64,000 bases of DNA from Thermoanaerobaculia bacterium (GTDB lineage Bacteria > Acidobacteriota > Thermoanaerobaculia > UBA5066), in NCBI GenBank assembly GCA_963719225.1, contig CAVRAY010000001.1:480001-544000 (forward strand). Direction: 5' to 3'. The translations under genes were made by a program, and so were the position numbers. The notes beneath the pieces were generated by a model. It made no database searches, was not told the DNA's origin, and was given only the letters and a program-made list of their open reading frames with translations. Numbering within the stretch: position 1 is the stretch's first letter; the number at the start of each line of letters is the position of its first letter. Below are positions 32,326 to 40,411 of the stretch, piece after piece.

Positions 32326-33276
32326 ATGAAGTCGCTCTTTCCCGAGATCGAGCCCTTCCGCTCCTTCCGTCTGCGCGTCTCGGAAATCCACGAGCTGCAC
32401 GTGGAGGAAGCCGGAAACCCTTCGGGACCTCCCGTCATCTTCTTTCATGGCGGGCCCGGCGCGGGCATCTCGCCTCTCCACCGCCGGTTCTTCGATCCGG
32501 CGTTCTGGCGCGTCGTTCTGTTCGATCAGCGCGGCTCGGGGAAGTCGACGCCTCTCGGCGAGCTGCGCGAGAACACGACGGGAGACCTCGTCGAGGATAC
32601 CGAGCGCATCCGGACGCACCTCGGCATCGAGAAGTGGCTCGTGTTCGGCGGGTCGTGGGGCTCGACGCTCGGCCTTGCGTACGCCGAGCGGCATCCCGCC
32701 CGCGTCACGGGGCTCATCCTCCGAGGGATTTTTCTGGCCCGGAAATCCGAGCTCGAGTGGAGCTTCTCGGACGGCGTACGGCACATCTGGCCGGACGCGT
32801 GGGAGGCTTTCGTGGCGCCCCTGACGCCGCGGGAACGCGGCTCCATCGTGCGCGCCTACTACCGGCGCCTCACCTCGGAGGACCCGTCGGAACGAAGGGC
32901 CGCCGCGCTCGCGTGGAACGCCTTCGAGGGGATCGCGAGCCACGTCGTCTGCGATCCCAAGCCTCCGGAGGACCAGGACATCGAGCGCGAGATCGCGCTC
33001 GCGCGAATCGAAGCGCACTACTTCATGAACGAATCGTTCCTCGAGACCGACGACCAGCTCCTGCGCGACGCCTGGCGCCTGCGCGCGTTCAAGGGAGTCA
33101 TCGTGCAGGGACGCTACGACCTCGTCTGCCCGATGCAGTCCGCCTGGGAACTCGCGGCCGCCTGGCCCGAGGCGCGCCTCGTCGTCGTGCCGGCGGCGGG
33201 CCACGCGGCGGACGAGCCCGGCATCGCGAGCGCGCTCGTCGAGGCGACCGAGGCCTTCAAGGCTTCGGCCCGCTGA
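32326..33276 (+). CDS. pip: Proline iminopeptidase
   Basis: HGGPG, FDQRGSG, GGSWG, GRYD, AGH catalytic motifs. Confidence 0.95.
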   Translation: MKSLFPEIEPFRSFRLRVSEIHELHVEEAGNPSGPPVIFFHGGPGAGISPLHRRFFDPAFWRVVLFDQRGSGKSTPLGELRENTTGDLVEDTERIRTHLGIEKWLVFGGSWGSTLGLAYAERHPARVTGLILRGIFLARKSELEWSFSDGVRHIWPDAWEAFVAPLTPRERGSIVRAYYRRLTSEDPSERRAAALAWNAFEGIASHVVCDPKPPEDQDIEREIALARIEAHYFMNESFLETDDQLLRDAWRLRAFKGVIVQGRYDLVCPMQSAWELAAAWPEARLVVVPAAGHAADEPGIASALVEATEAFKASAR

Positions 33277-33342
33277 TCCGATTTCCCTCAACGCTTTTGG
33301 CGCCGCGGAAGCCTCGTCAAATGAAGAGCGTAGGAGGCCGAC

Positions 33343-35133
33343 TCATCCCCTTTCGAGGCGCGCCGTCAGGAGCTCGCGCTGCAAGACGAGCTCTTTCGGC
33401 ATCGTGGCCGCGAGCTTCGTGAAGAACTCGCCCTGGTCCTTGAGCTCGGTTTTCCACGCCTCGATGTCGATGGACTCGGCCTCGTCCACGTCCTCCAGCG
33501 GCACGGACATGCCGGAAAGGTCGAACTCGGCCTGATGCGGGACCCACCCGAGCGCCGTCTCCCAGCCGCCGGTGCGACGGTGGGCGCGGTCGATGATCCA
33601 CTTCAGGACGCGCATGTTCTCGCCGAAGCCGGGCCACAGGAACCGCCCGTCCGCGCCCTTGCGGAACCAGTTCACCTGGAAAATCTTGGGCAGGTCCTTG
33701 ATGGCCGTCGCCATCTCCAGCCAGTGGTCGAAGTACCTGCCCATGTCGTAGCCGCAGAACGGGAGCATCGCCATCGGGTCGCGGCGCACGACGCCCACCT
33801 TTCCGGTTGCGGCGGCGGTCGTCTCCGAACCGAGCGTCGCGCCCATGTAGATGCCGTGCACCCAGTTGAAGGCCTGGACGACGAGCGGCACCGTCGTGGA
33901 GCGGCGGCCGCCGAAGACGATCGCCGCGATGGGCACGCCCTCCGGATCGTTCACGTGCGGCGAGAGGTGCGGGTTGTTCGTCATGGGCGACGTGAAGCGG
34001 CTGTTGGGATGCGCCGCTTTCTCGGGGGAGCCCTTTCTCCACGGGCGGCCCTGCCAGTCGATGAGCTCCTCGGGCACCTCGCCGTCCTTGCCCTCCCACC
34101 ACACGTCGCCGTCCGGCGTCATGGCCACGTTCGTGTAGATCGTGTCCCTCGAGATGGTGCGCATCGCGGTGGGGTTCGTGGCGTGGTTCGTCCCGGGCGC
34201 CACGCCGAAATACCCGGCCTCGGGGTTGATGGCCCACAGCCGGCCGTCGGAGCCGGGACGCATCCAGCAGATGTCGTCCCCCACGGTCCAGACCTTCCAG
34301 CGTTCGAAGCGCTTCGGCGGGATGAGCATGGCGAAGTTCGTCTTGCCGCACGCGCTCGGAAACGCCGCGGCCACGTAGGTCGTCTCGCCGTTCGGGTCCT
34401 CGACGCCGACGATCATCATGTGCTCGGCCATCCAGCCCTCGCGCCGCCCCAGGTACGAGCCGATGCGCAGGGCGAGGCACTTCTTTCCGAGCAGGACGTT
34501 GCCGCCGTATCCGCTGCCGATGGACCAGACGGCGTTGTCCTCCGGGAAGTGGCAGATGAACCGGCGGTCCGGGTCGAGGTCGAGCATCGCGTGGAGCCCG
34601 CGGTTGAAGTCGTTCGAGTCGCCGAGCGCGTCGAGGGCGCGCTGGCCCATCCGCGTCATGATCCCCATGTTCAGGACGACGTAGAGGCTGTCCGTGAGCT
34701 CCACGCCGACCTTCGACATCGGAGATCCCAGGGGCCCCATGACGTACGGAACGACGTAGAGCGTGCGGCCGCTCATCGAGCCGTCGAAGAGCCGGGAGAG
34801 CTTCTGGTACGCGTCCTGAGGCGACATCCAGTTGTTCGTGGGACCCGCTTCTTCCCTCGTTTTCGTGCAGATGAACGTGAGCTGCTCGACGCGCGCCACG
34901 TCGTTCGGGTGCGAGCGGTGGAGATAGCAGCCCGGGAGCTTTTCCTGGTTGAGCGGGATGAGGATCCCGAGGCGCACGGCCTCGCGCGTCAGCGTGTCCT
35001 TCTCGGCGGCCGATCCGTCGCACCAGACCACGCGGTCCGGCTTCGTCAGCCGGACGCATTCCTCGATCCACGAGAGGAGATGCGTGTTCCGCGAAAGCGG
35101 GGTGCCGATGCCTGTCGCGAGCGCTGAGCTCAT
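33343..35133 (-). CDS. pckG: Phosphoenolpyruvate carboxykinase (GTP)
   Basis: DVARVE, SGYGGN, FPSACGKTN, VGDDI, HPNSRF, DPMAMLPFCGY, WPGFGEN. Confidence 0.97.
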   Translation of the reverse strand: MSSALATGIGTPLSRNTHLLSWIEECVRLTKPDRVVWCDGSAAEKDTLTREAVRLGILIPLNQEKLPGCYLHRSHPNDVARVEQLTFICTKTREEAGPTNNWMSPQDAYQKLSRLFDGSMSGRTLYVVPYVMGPLGSPMSKVGVELTDSLYVVLNMGIMTRMGQRALDALGDSNDFNRGLHAMLDLDPDRRFICHFPEDNAVWSIGSGYGGNVLLGKKCLALRIGSYLGRREGWMAEHMMIVGVEDPNGETTYVAAAFPSACGKTNFAMLIPPKRFERWKVWTVGDDICWMRPGSDGRLWAINPEAGYFGVAPGTNHATNPTAMRTISRDTIYTNVAMTPDGDVWWEGKDGEVPEELIDWQGRPWRKGSPEKAAHPNSRFTSPMTNNPHLSPHVNDPEGVPIAAIVFGGRRSTTVPLVVQAFNWVHGIYMGATLGSETTAAATGKVGVVRRDPMAMLPFCGYDMGRYFDHWLEMATAIKDLPKIFQVNWFRKGADGRFLWPGFGENMRVLKWIIDRAHRRTGGWETALGWVPHQAEFDLSGMSVPLEDVDEAESIDIEAWKTELKDQGEFFTKLAATMPKELVLQRELLTARLERG

Positions 35134-35209
35134 GGAACTCCTGAGGGCGTCGGCCGCACGGGCGGCGCAAGCCCGAAAATAGCACGGGGACCTTTTCTGC
35201 TACGGTGAG

Positions 35210-36055
35210 ATGGTGCATCGCCTCGTGCGCCTTTACCCCAGGAAGGCCGGTTCCCGCGCGGTGGGCGCGCTCGCGCGGATGCGCCTCTCGGAAGGGCTGC
35301 GCCGCCCGTTCCTCGGGCGCTTCGCCGCCGCGTTCGGCGCGAACCTCGACGAGGCCGAAAAGGACCTCGGCGCGTACGTCTCCTTCCTCGACTTCTTCAC
35401 GCGGCGGCTGAAGCCGGGCGCGAGGCCTCAGGCTCCCGCGGTGCCGGGCGGGATCAACTCTCCGGTGGACGGCGAGGTGATCGCCGAGGGCCGCGTGAAG
35501 GAGGGAACGCTCCTCCAGGCCAAAGGGCTGGAGTACCCCCTCGGCGAGCTGATGGACGGGGATCCCCTGACGCCGGAATTCGCGCGCGCGCGCTACGCGA
35601 CGCTCTACCTCGCCCCGAAGGACTATCACCGCATCCACGTCCCGCTCGCGGGGGCGTGCGTCGCGGTGGGTCGCGTGGAAGGCGAGCTCTGGCCGGTGAA
35701 CGCCTCGTCCACGGCTTCGACGCCGCGGCTCTACGTGAGGAACCGCCGCGCCTACTGGATCGCTCGCGGCGAACGGGAGTCCGAAGGCCTCGTCGTGGCC
35801 GTCGTCATGGTCGCGGCGACGCACGTGGGCGGCGTCGTCGTCGACCCGCGCTGGCTCGGGGGCCGCGCCCTGCCGCGCCGCGGCCGGCTCGAGGTGGCGC
35901 ATCTCCCGTGCGCGAGCGGCGACGATCTCGGCGCATTCGAGCTCGGCTCGACGGTGGTCCTCCTCGTCGGCGGCGGGGGATCGGACCGCTGGGATCTGTC
36001 GCGCGGCCTCGGGCCGGTCCACGTGGGGGAAAGGCTCGGCCTTTTCACCGGCTAA
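35210..36055 (+). CDS. psd: Phosphatidylserine decarboxylase proenzyme
   Basis: FFTRRLK, SPVDG, YLAPKDYHRIH, FELGSTVV self-cleavage motif. Confidence 0.9.
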   Translation: MVHRLVRLYPRKAGSRAVGALARMRLSEGLRRPFLGRFAAAFGANLDEAEKDLGAYVSFLDFFTRRLKPGARPQAPAVPGGINSPVDGEVIAEGRVKEGTLLQAKGLEYPLGELMDGDPLTPEFARARYATLYLAPKDYHRIHVPLAGACVAVGRVEGELWPVNASSTASTPRLYVRNRRAYWIARGERESEGLVVAVVMVAATHVGGVVVDPRWLGGRALPRRGRLEVAHLPCASGDDLGAFELGSTVVLLVGGGGSDRWDLSRGLGPVHVGERLGLFTG

Positions 36056-36161
36056 ACTCTCCCCGCCAAAGTGAGGAGAGATCTCGCATGAACCGGCGGT
36101 CGGCGCAGCTTTCCGGTGTCCTCCTGGGCGCCTGGGAGAAAAAGCCGTAAGACACGCCGCG

Positions 36162-37616
36162 GTGCTGCTCGTCCTCGCCGCCGCCGGGCCGCTCGCGGCC
36201 GCGCCCGGCGGCACGCTGCGCTGGGGCGGCGACGCGGAAGGCGGCGCGCCGTTCGTCGAGGCGGACCCGGCCGATCCCGCCCGCGTGCGCGGCTTCGACG
36301 TGGAGATCGCCGAGGCGCTCGCAAGAGGCCTCGGGCGGACGCCGCAATTCGTGCAGGTGGCGTTCCAGTCGATCGACCAGTCCGCCCAGCGCGGCGATTT
36401 CGACATCGGCCTTTCGGGGATGGAGGACACGCCGGCCCGCCGCGCCGCGCTCTCGGTGACGGTGCCGTACTTCGAGTTTCGAGAAGTGCTCGCCGTGCGC
36501 GCCTCCGACGTGGGCCGGTTCCGGACGCTGGCCGACTTCAGGAGCAGGAGGATCGGCACCCTCGCCGGCACGATCGCGTACGACATCCTCCTGAAGGCGC
36601 GCGCGGAGCAGGGCGTCCTGCCCGTGTCGTACGACGACGACGTCCACCCGTACGAAGACCTCGCCCGCGGGCGCCTCGACGCGGTCCTCCTCGACCACGT
36701 CCTCGCGGCGCGCTCGCTGAAGCGCGTCCCGGGCCTCGCGGTCCTGCCCGAAACGGTCGCGACCGGGCGCTACGTCGGCGTCCTCGCGAAGGAGAACGCC
36801 GCGCTGCGAGACGAAATAGACGTCCTGCTGAAGCAAATGATGCGGGACGGGACGCTGCGGAAGATCTTCGGGAAGTGGAACGTCTGGGACGAGGAGCAGG
36901 CTGCCTTCCAGGCACAAGAAGAGAAGAGGAAGATTTCTTCCCTCCCCTCTTCCCCTTCTAAGAAATCTTCTCTCTCTCTAATTCTTTCTTACTTGCCTTC
37001 CCTCTTCCGCGCCGCGCTCGTGACGATCGTCCTCTCGTGCGTGGCGATGGCGCTCGCCGTCGCCCTCGGGATCGTCATCGCGAGCGGCCGCATTTACGGA
37101 GGCGTTCTCGTGCGCGCGGCGCTCACGGGATACGTGGAGCTCGTCCGCGGCACGCCGGTGCTCCTCCAGCTCTTCGTCCTCTATTACGGCCTCTCGTCCG
37201 TCGTGCGCCTGCCGGCCTTCGTCGCCGCGCTCCTCGGTCTCGGGCTGAACTACGCGGCCTACGAGAGCGAGATCTACCGCGGCGCGCTCGAGGCCGTGCC
37301 GCGGGGACAGCTCGAGGCCGCGCGCACTCTCGGGCTCACGGAAGGACAGATCCTGCGCCTCGTGCGCGGTCCCCAGGCCTTCCGCCTCGCGCTCGCGCCC
37401 ATGACGAACGACTTCGTCGCGCTGCTCAAAGATTCCTCTCTCGTCTCGGTCGTGACCGTCGTCGAGCTCACGAAGCAGACGGCGATCTTCGCCACGAACG
37501 TCGGAAGCTGGGCGCTCCCCGGCGCGCTCTGCGCGGCGCTGTACCTCGCGATGTCTCTTCCGCTCTCTCGCCTCGCCCGGCGCCTGGAGGAACGGTGGAA
37601 CGCGCCCTCGGCCTGA
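36162..37616 (+). CDS. Polar amino-acid ABC transporter, fused substrate-binding + permease
   Basis: GFDVEIAEALA SBP; RGTPVLLQL, AAYESEIYRG, LLKDSSL permease. Confidence 0.92.
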   Translation: MLLVLAAAGPLAAAPGGTLRWGGDAEGGAPFVEADPADPARVRGFDVEIAEALARGLGRTPQFVQVAFQSIDQSAQRGDFDIGLSGMEDTPARRAALSVTVPYFEFREVLAVRASDVGRFRTLADFRSRRIGTLAGTIAYDILLKARAEQGVLPVSYDDDVHPYEDLARGRLDAVLLDHVLAARSLKRVPGLAVLPETVATGRYVGVLAKENAALRDEIDVLLKQMMRDGTLRKIFGKWNVWDEEQAAFQAQEEKRKISSLPSSPSKKSSLSLILSYLPSLFRAALVTIVLSCVAMALAVALGIVIASGRIYGGVLVRAALTGYVELVRGTPVLLQLFVLYYGLSSVVRLPAFVAALLGLGLNYAAYESEIYRGALEAVPRGQLEAARTLGLTEGQILRLVRGPQAFRLALAPMTNDFVALLKDSSLVSVVTVVELTKQTAIFATNVGSWALPGALCAALYLAMSLPLSRLARRLEERWNAPSA

Positions 37617-38368
37617 GGTCGCCGCTGCTGTCGATCAGCGGCCTCCGCCTGTCGCGCGGCGCGGTGGAGGTCGTGAAAGGTGTGGATCTCGCGCTCGAGC
37701 GCGGCGAGCTCGTGGCCCTCATGGGCCCTTCGGGCTGCGGAAAGACGACGATCCTGCGCGCCGTGGCCGCGCTCGAGCCTTTCCAGGCCGGCGCGATCCG
37801 CGTGGACGGCGTGCCGCTCTCTCCCGGGCCGATGCTTCGCGAATCGGCGTTGTCCGAGCTCCGCCGCAAGGTGGGTCTCGTCTTCCAGCTCCACTGCCTC
37901 TTCGACCACCTGTCCGCTCTCGACAACGTCACCCTCGCCCCCATCCACGTGCTGCGGCATTCGCGCACGGAAGCGGAGGAGCGGGCGCTCGCTCTTCTCG
38001 CGAGGCTCGGCGTCGCCGCCCGCGCCCGTTCGAAGCCCCGCGAGCTCTCCGGCGGCGAGGCACAGCGCGTGGCGATTGCGCGGGCTCTCGCGGTCGATCC
38101 CCCTCTGCTCCTGATGGACGAGCCCACCGCATCGCTCGATCCGGCGCGCAGGAACGAGCTCGGGGAGTCGCTGGAGAAGCTGACCGCTCAGGGGCGGTCG
38201 CTCCTCGTGGCGACGCACGACGACGACTTCGCCCGGGACTACGCCACGCGCGTCGTGGTCCTTTCCGGCGGCGTCGTCGTGGAGGACGGCCCCCCGGGCG
38301 AGGTCCTCGTGACCCCCCGGCACCCCGCTACGGCCCAGCTTCTGCAGTCGAAAGGGAAGAAGGTCTAG
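37595..38368 (+). CDS. Polar amino-acid ABC transporter ATP-binding protein
   Basis: GPSGCGKTT, LSGGEAQRVAIARAL, LMDEPT; GGAGG before GTG 37595. Confidence 0.92.
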   Translation: MERALGLRSPLLSISGLRLSRGAVEVVKGVDLALERGELVALMGPSGCGKTTILRAVAALEPFQAGAIRVDGVPLSPGPMLRESALSELRRKVGLVFQLHCLFDHLSALDNVTLAPIHVLRHSRTEAEERALALLARLGVAARARSKPRELSGGEAQRVAIARALAVDPPLLLMDEPTASLDPARRNELGESLEKLTAQGRSLLVATHDDDFARDYATRVVVLSGGVVVEDGPPGEVLVTPRHPATAQLLQSKGKKV

Positions 38369-38397
38369 GGGGCAGGTGCTACCCTTTTTGGGAGCAC

Positions 38398-39390
38398 ATG
38401 GCAACCGCAAGGCGCCTCAGGCAGACGATTCTCAGGGAGGCGGTCCGCGAAAACGTGGACGTCATCGAAAAACGTCTGCCCAGGGGCCTGAGGCGCGCCG
38501 ACCGCTTTCGAAGGCATCTCTTCCGCACCTCCGTCTTCATCGTCGTGCCGCTCGCCCTCTTCCTCTCCATCAACGCCCTGACGACGGGACGCGGCGAACG
38601 CACGGACGTCCTCGTCGTCGCGGGACCGTCCGCGGCCCCGCGGGTCCCCGCGGCCGTCATCAACGCTCCGAACGGCCTCGAACCCTCGCTCTTCCACCTC
38701 GAGGTGCGGTCCGTCGTGATCGACCCGGGACACGGGGGGCTGGATCCCGGAGCGGCGGCCTCCGGAGTCGTGGAAAAGGACGTGACGCTCGACGTCGCGC
38801 GGCGTCTCCGAGAGCTCCTCGTCGCCCAGAAGATCGCCGTATCGCTCACGCGCGACGCGGACACGACGCTGTCGCTGCGCGACCGCGTCTCGCTCGCGAA
38901 CGCGAAAAAAGCCGATCTCTTCGTGTCGATCCACGTGAACTCGCTGCCGGCCGTGAAGGAGAAGCGCGGCGTCGAGACGTATTTTCTCGGCACGACGACC
39001 GACCCGCACGTCCAGCGGCTCGCTCTCGACGAGAACCGAACCTCGGGCTACACGATGGCGGATTTCCGGCGCCTCCTCGAGGGCGTCCTCGCGGACTCGC
39101 GGCAGGGCGAGTCGCGCAAGTTCGCCGAGTCCGTGCAAGGGGGGCTCGTGAACGCGCTCCGCCCGGTCGTGCCCCGCCTGCAGGACCGCGGCGTGCGAAG
39201 CGCGCCCTTCGCGGTCCTCATCGCGACGGAAATGCCGGGTGTGCTCGCGGAGGTGTCGACGGTCTCGAACGAGGACGAGGCGCGCCATCTCCGGGATCCC
39301 GCGTATCGTCAGCAGATCGCGAGGGCTCTCTGCAACGGGATCCTCGCCTACGCGGAGTCGCGGAACCATCCGCCCTCCAAACGGAGTTGA
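38398..39390 (+). CDS. Membrane-anchored N-acetylmuramoyl-L-alanine amidase (Amidase_3)
   Basis: IDPGHGG, EKDVTL, LTRD, SIHVNS, GVETY, VLAEV; N-terminal TM helix. Confidence 0.92.
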   Translation: MATARRLRQTILREAVRENVDVIEKRLPRGLRRADRFRRHLFRTSVFIVVPLALFLSINALTTGRGERTDVLVVAGPSAAPRVPAAVINAPNGLEPSLFHLEVRSVVIDPGHGGLDPGAAASGVVEKDVTLDVARRLRELLVAQKIAVSLTRDADTTLSLRDRVSLANAKKADLFVSIHVNSLPAVKEKRGVETYFLGTTTDPHVQRLALDENRTSGYTMADFRRLLEGVLADSRQGESRKFAESVQGGLVNALRPVVPRLQDRGVRSAPFAVLIATEMPGVLAEVSTVSNEDEARHLRDPAYRQQIARALCNGILAYAESRNHPPSKRS

Positions 39391-39391
39391 C

Positions 39392-40411
39392 ATGAGCGGG
39401 AAGAAGGAAGTTCTCCACGTCGGCATCGACCTCGGCACGTCGCGCAGCGCGATCACGGCGTCGAACGGCGTGCATCACGTGGTCGAGAGCTACGTGGGAT
39501 GGCCCCTGGACATGGTAGCGAGGAAAGTCGTCAAGAAGCCGATCCTCTTCGGCGCCGAGGCCCTCGAGAACCGGCCGATGCTCGACCTGCACCGCCCGCT
39601 CGAGCGCGGCCTCATCAAGCAGGGCTCGGCGAAGGACGAGGAGGCCGTGCACGAGCTCCTGAAACACCTCATCTCGCTCGCCGGGAAGAAAGACGGCCAG
39701 TCCGTCCACGCCGTCGTGGGCGTGCCGGCCGAGGCGCTCCGCGTTTCGCGTTTGCACCTGCGCGGCGCCGTCAAGGGGATCGCCGACGCCCTGCTCATCG
39801 TGTCCGAGCCGTTCGCGGTGGCCTTCGGAATGGACGCGCTGCTGCACACGATGGTCATCGACATCGGCGCGGGGACCACGGACTTCTGCGTCATGAACGG
39901 GCGCTACCCGACCGAGGACGACCAGCGCACGCTGACGCACGCGGGCGACTCCATAGACGAGCAGCTCATGGCTCTCGTGAAGACGAGGCACCCGGACGGC
40001 CGCTTCTCGATCCACATGGTCCGCGACTGGAAGGAGAAGAACAGCTTCATCGGCAACGCGCCGGGACCGGTCGTCGTCCGGTTCCCGGTGAAGGGCAAGC
40101 CGGTCGATGTGGACATCACCGCCGAGATGAAGAAGGCCTGCGAGAGCGTCGTCGGCCCGATCGCCGAGACGATGCTCGATCTGCTCGCGAAGGTCGAGCC
40201 CGAATACCAGGAGAAGGTGCAGCGCAACGTCGTCCTGGCGGGCGGCGGCTCGCAGATGCCCGGTCTCGCCGCCGCGCTCGAGAAGACTCTCGCCGAGCTC
40301 GGCGGGGGCCGCGTGCGCGCCGTGGAGGATCCCGTCTTCGCGGGATCGAACGGCGGGCTCGCCATCGCGCTGGACGCGCCGGAAGGCGACTGGGAGCCGC
40401 TCTCGGCATGA
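39392..40411 (+). CDS. mamK: MamK-like bacterial actin
   Basis: GIDLGTS, VGWPLD, AVVGVPA, IVSEPF, IDIGAGTTD, PEYQ..V..NVVLAGGGS, DPVFAG; resembles MamK rather than MreB by recalled comparison. Confidence 0.85.
   Translation: MSGKKEVLHVGIDLGTSRSAITASNGVHHVVESYVGWPLDMVARKVVKKPILFGAEALENRPMLDLHRPLERGLIKQGSAKDEEAVHELLKHLISLAGKKDGQSVHAVVGVPAEALRVSRLHLRGAVKGIADALLIVSEPFAVAFGMDALLHTMVIDIGAGTTDFCVMNGRYPTEDDQRTLTHAGDSIDEQLMALVKTRHPDGRFSIHMVRDWKEKNSFIGNAPGPVVVRFPVKGKPVDVDITAEMKKACESVVGPIAETMLDLLAKVEPEYQEKVQRNVVLAGGGSQMPGLAAALEKTLAELGGGRVRAVEDPVFAGSNGGLAIALDAPEGDWEPLSA

Noticed and set aside
29183-36586. Very long alternative-frame ORFs (e.g. 29183-32329, 33317-36586 and many others)
   Set aside because: Arg/Pro/Gly-rich shadow frames expected in high-GC DNA; they overlap well-supported genes.
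39392-40411. Magnetosome island or ordinary mreB
   Set aside because: No other mam/mms genes and no mreC/mreD/pbp2/rodA nearby; the VIT1 iron transporter about 8 kb away is a common gene and not evidence of magnetotaxis.
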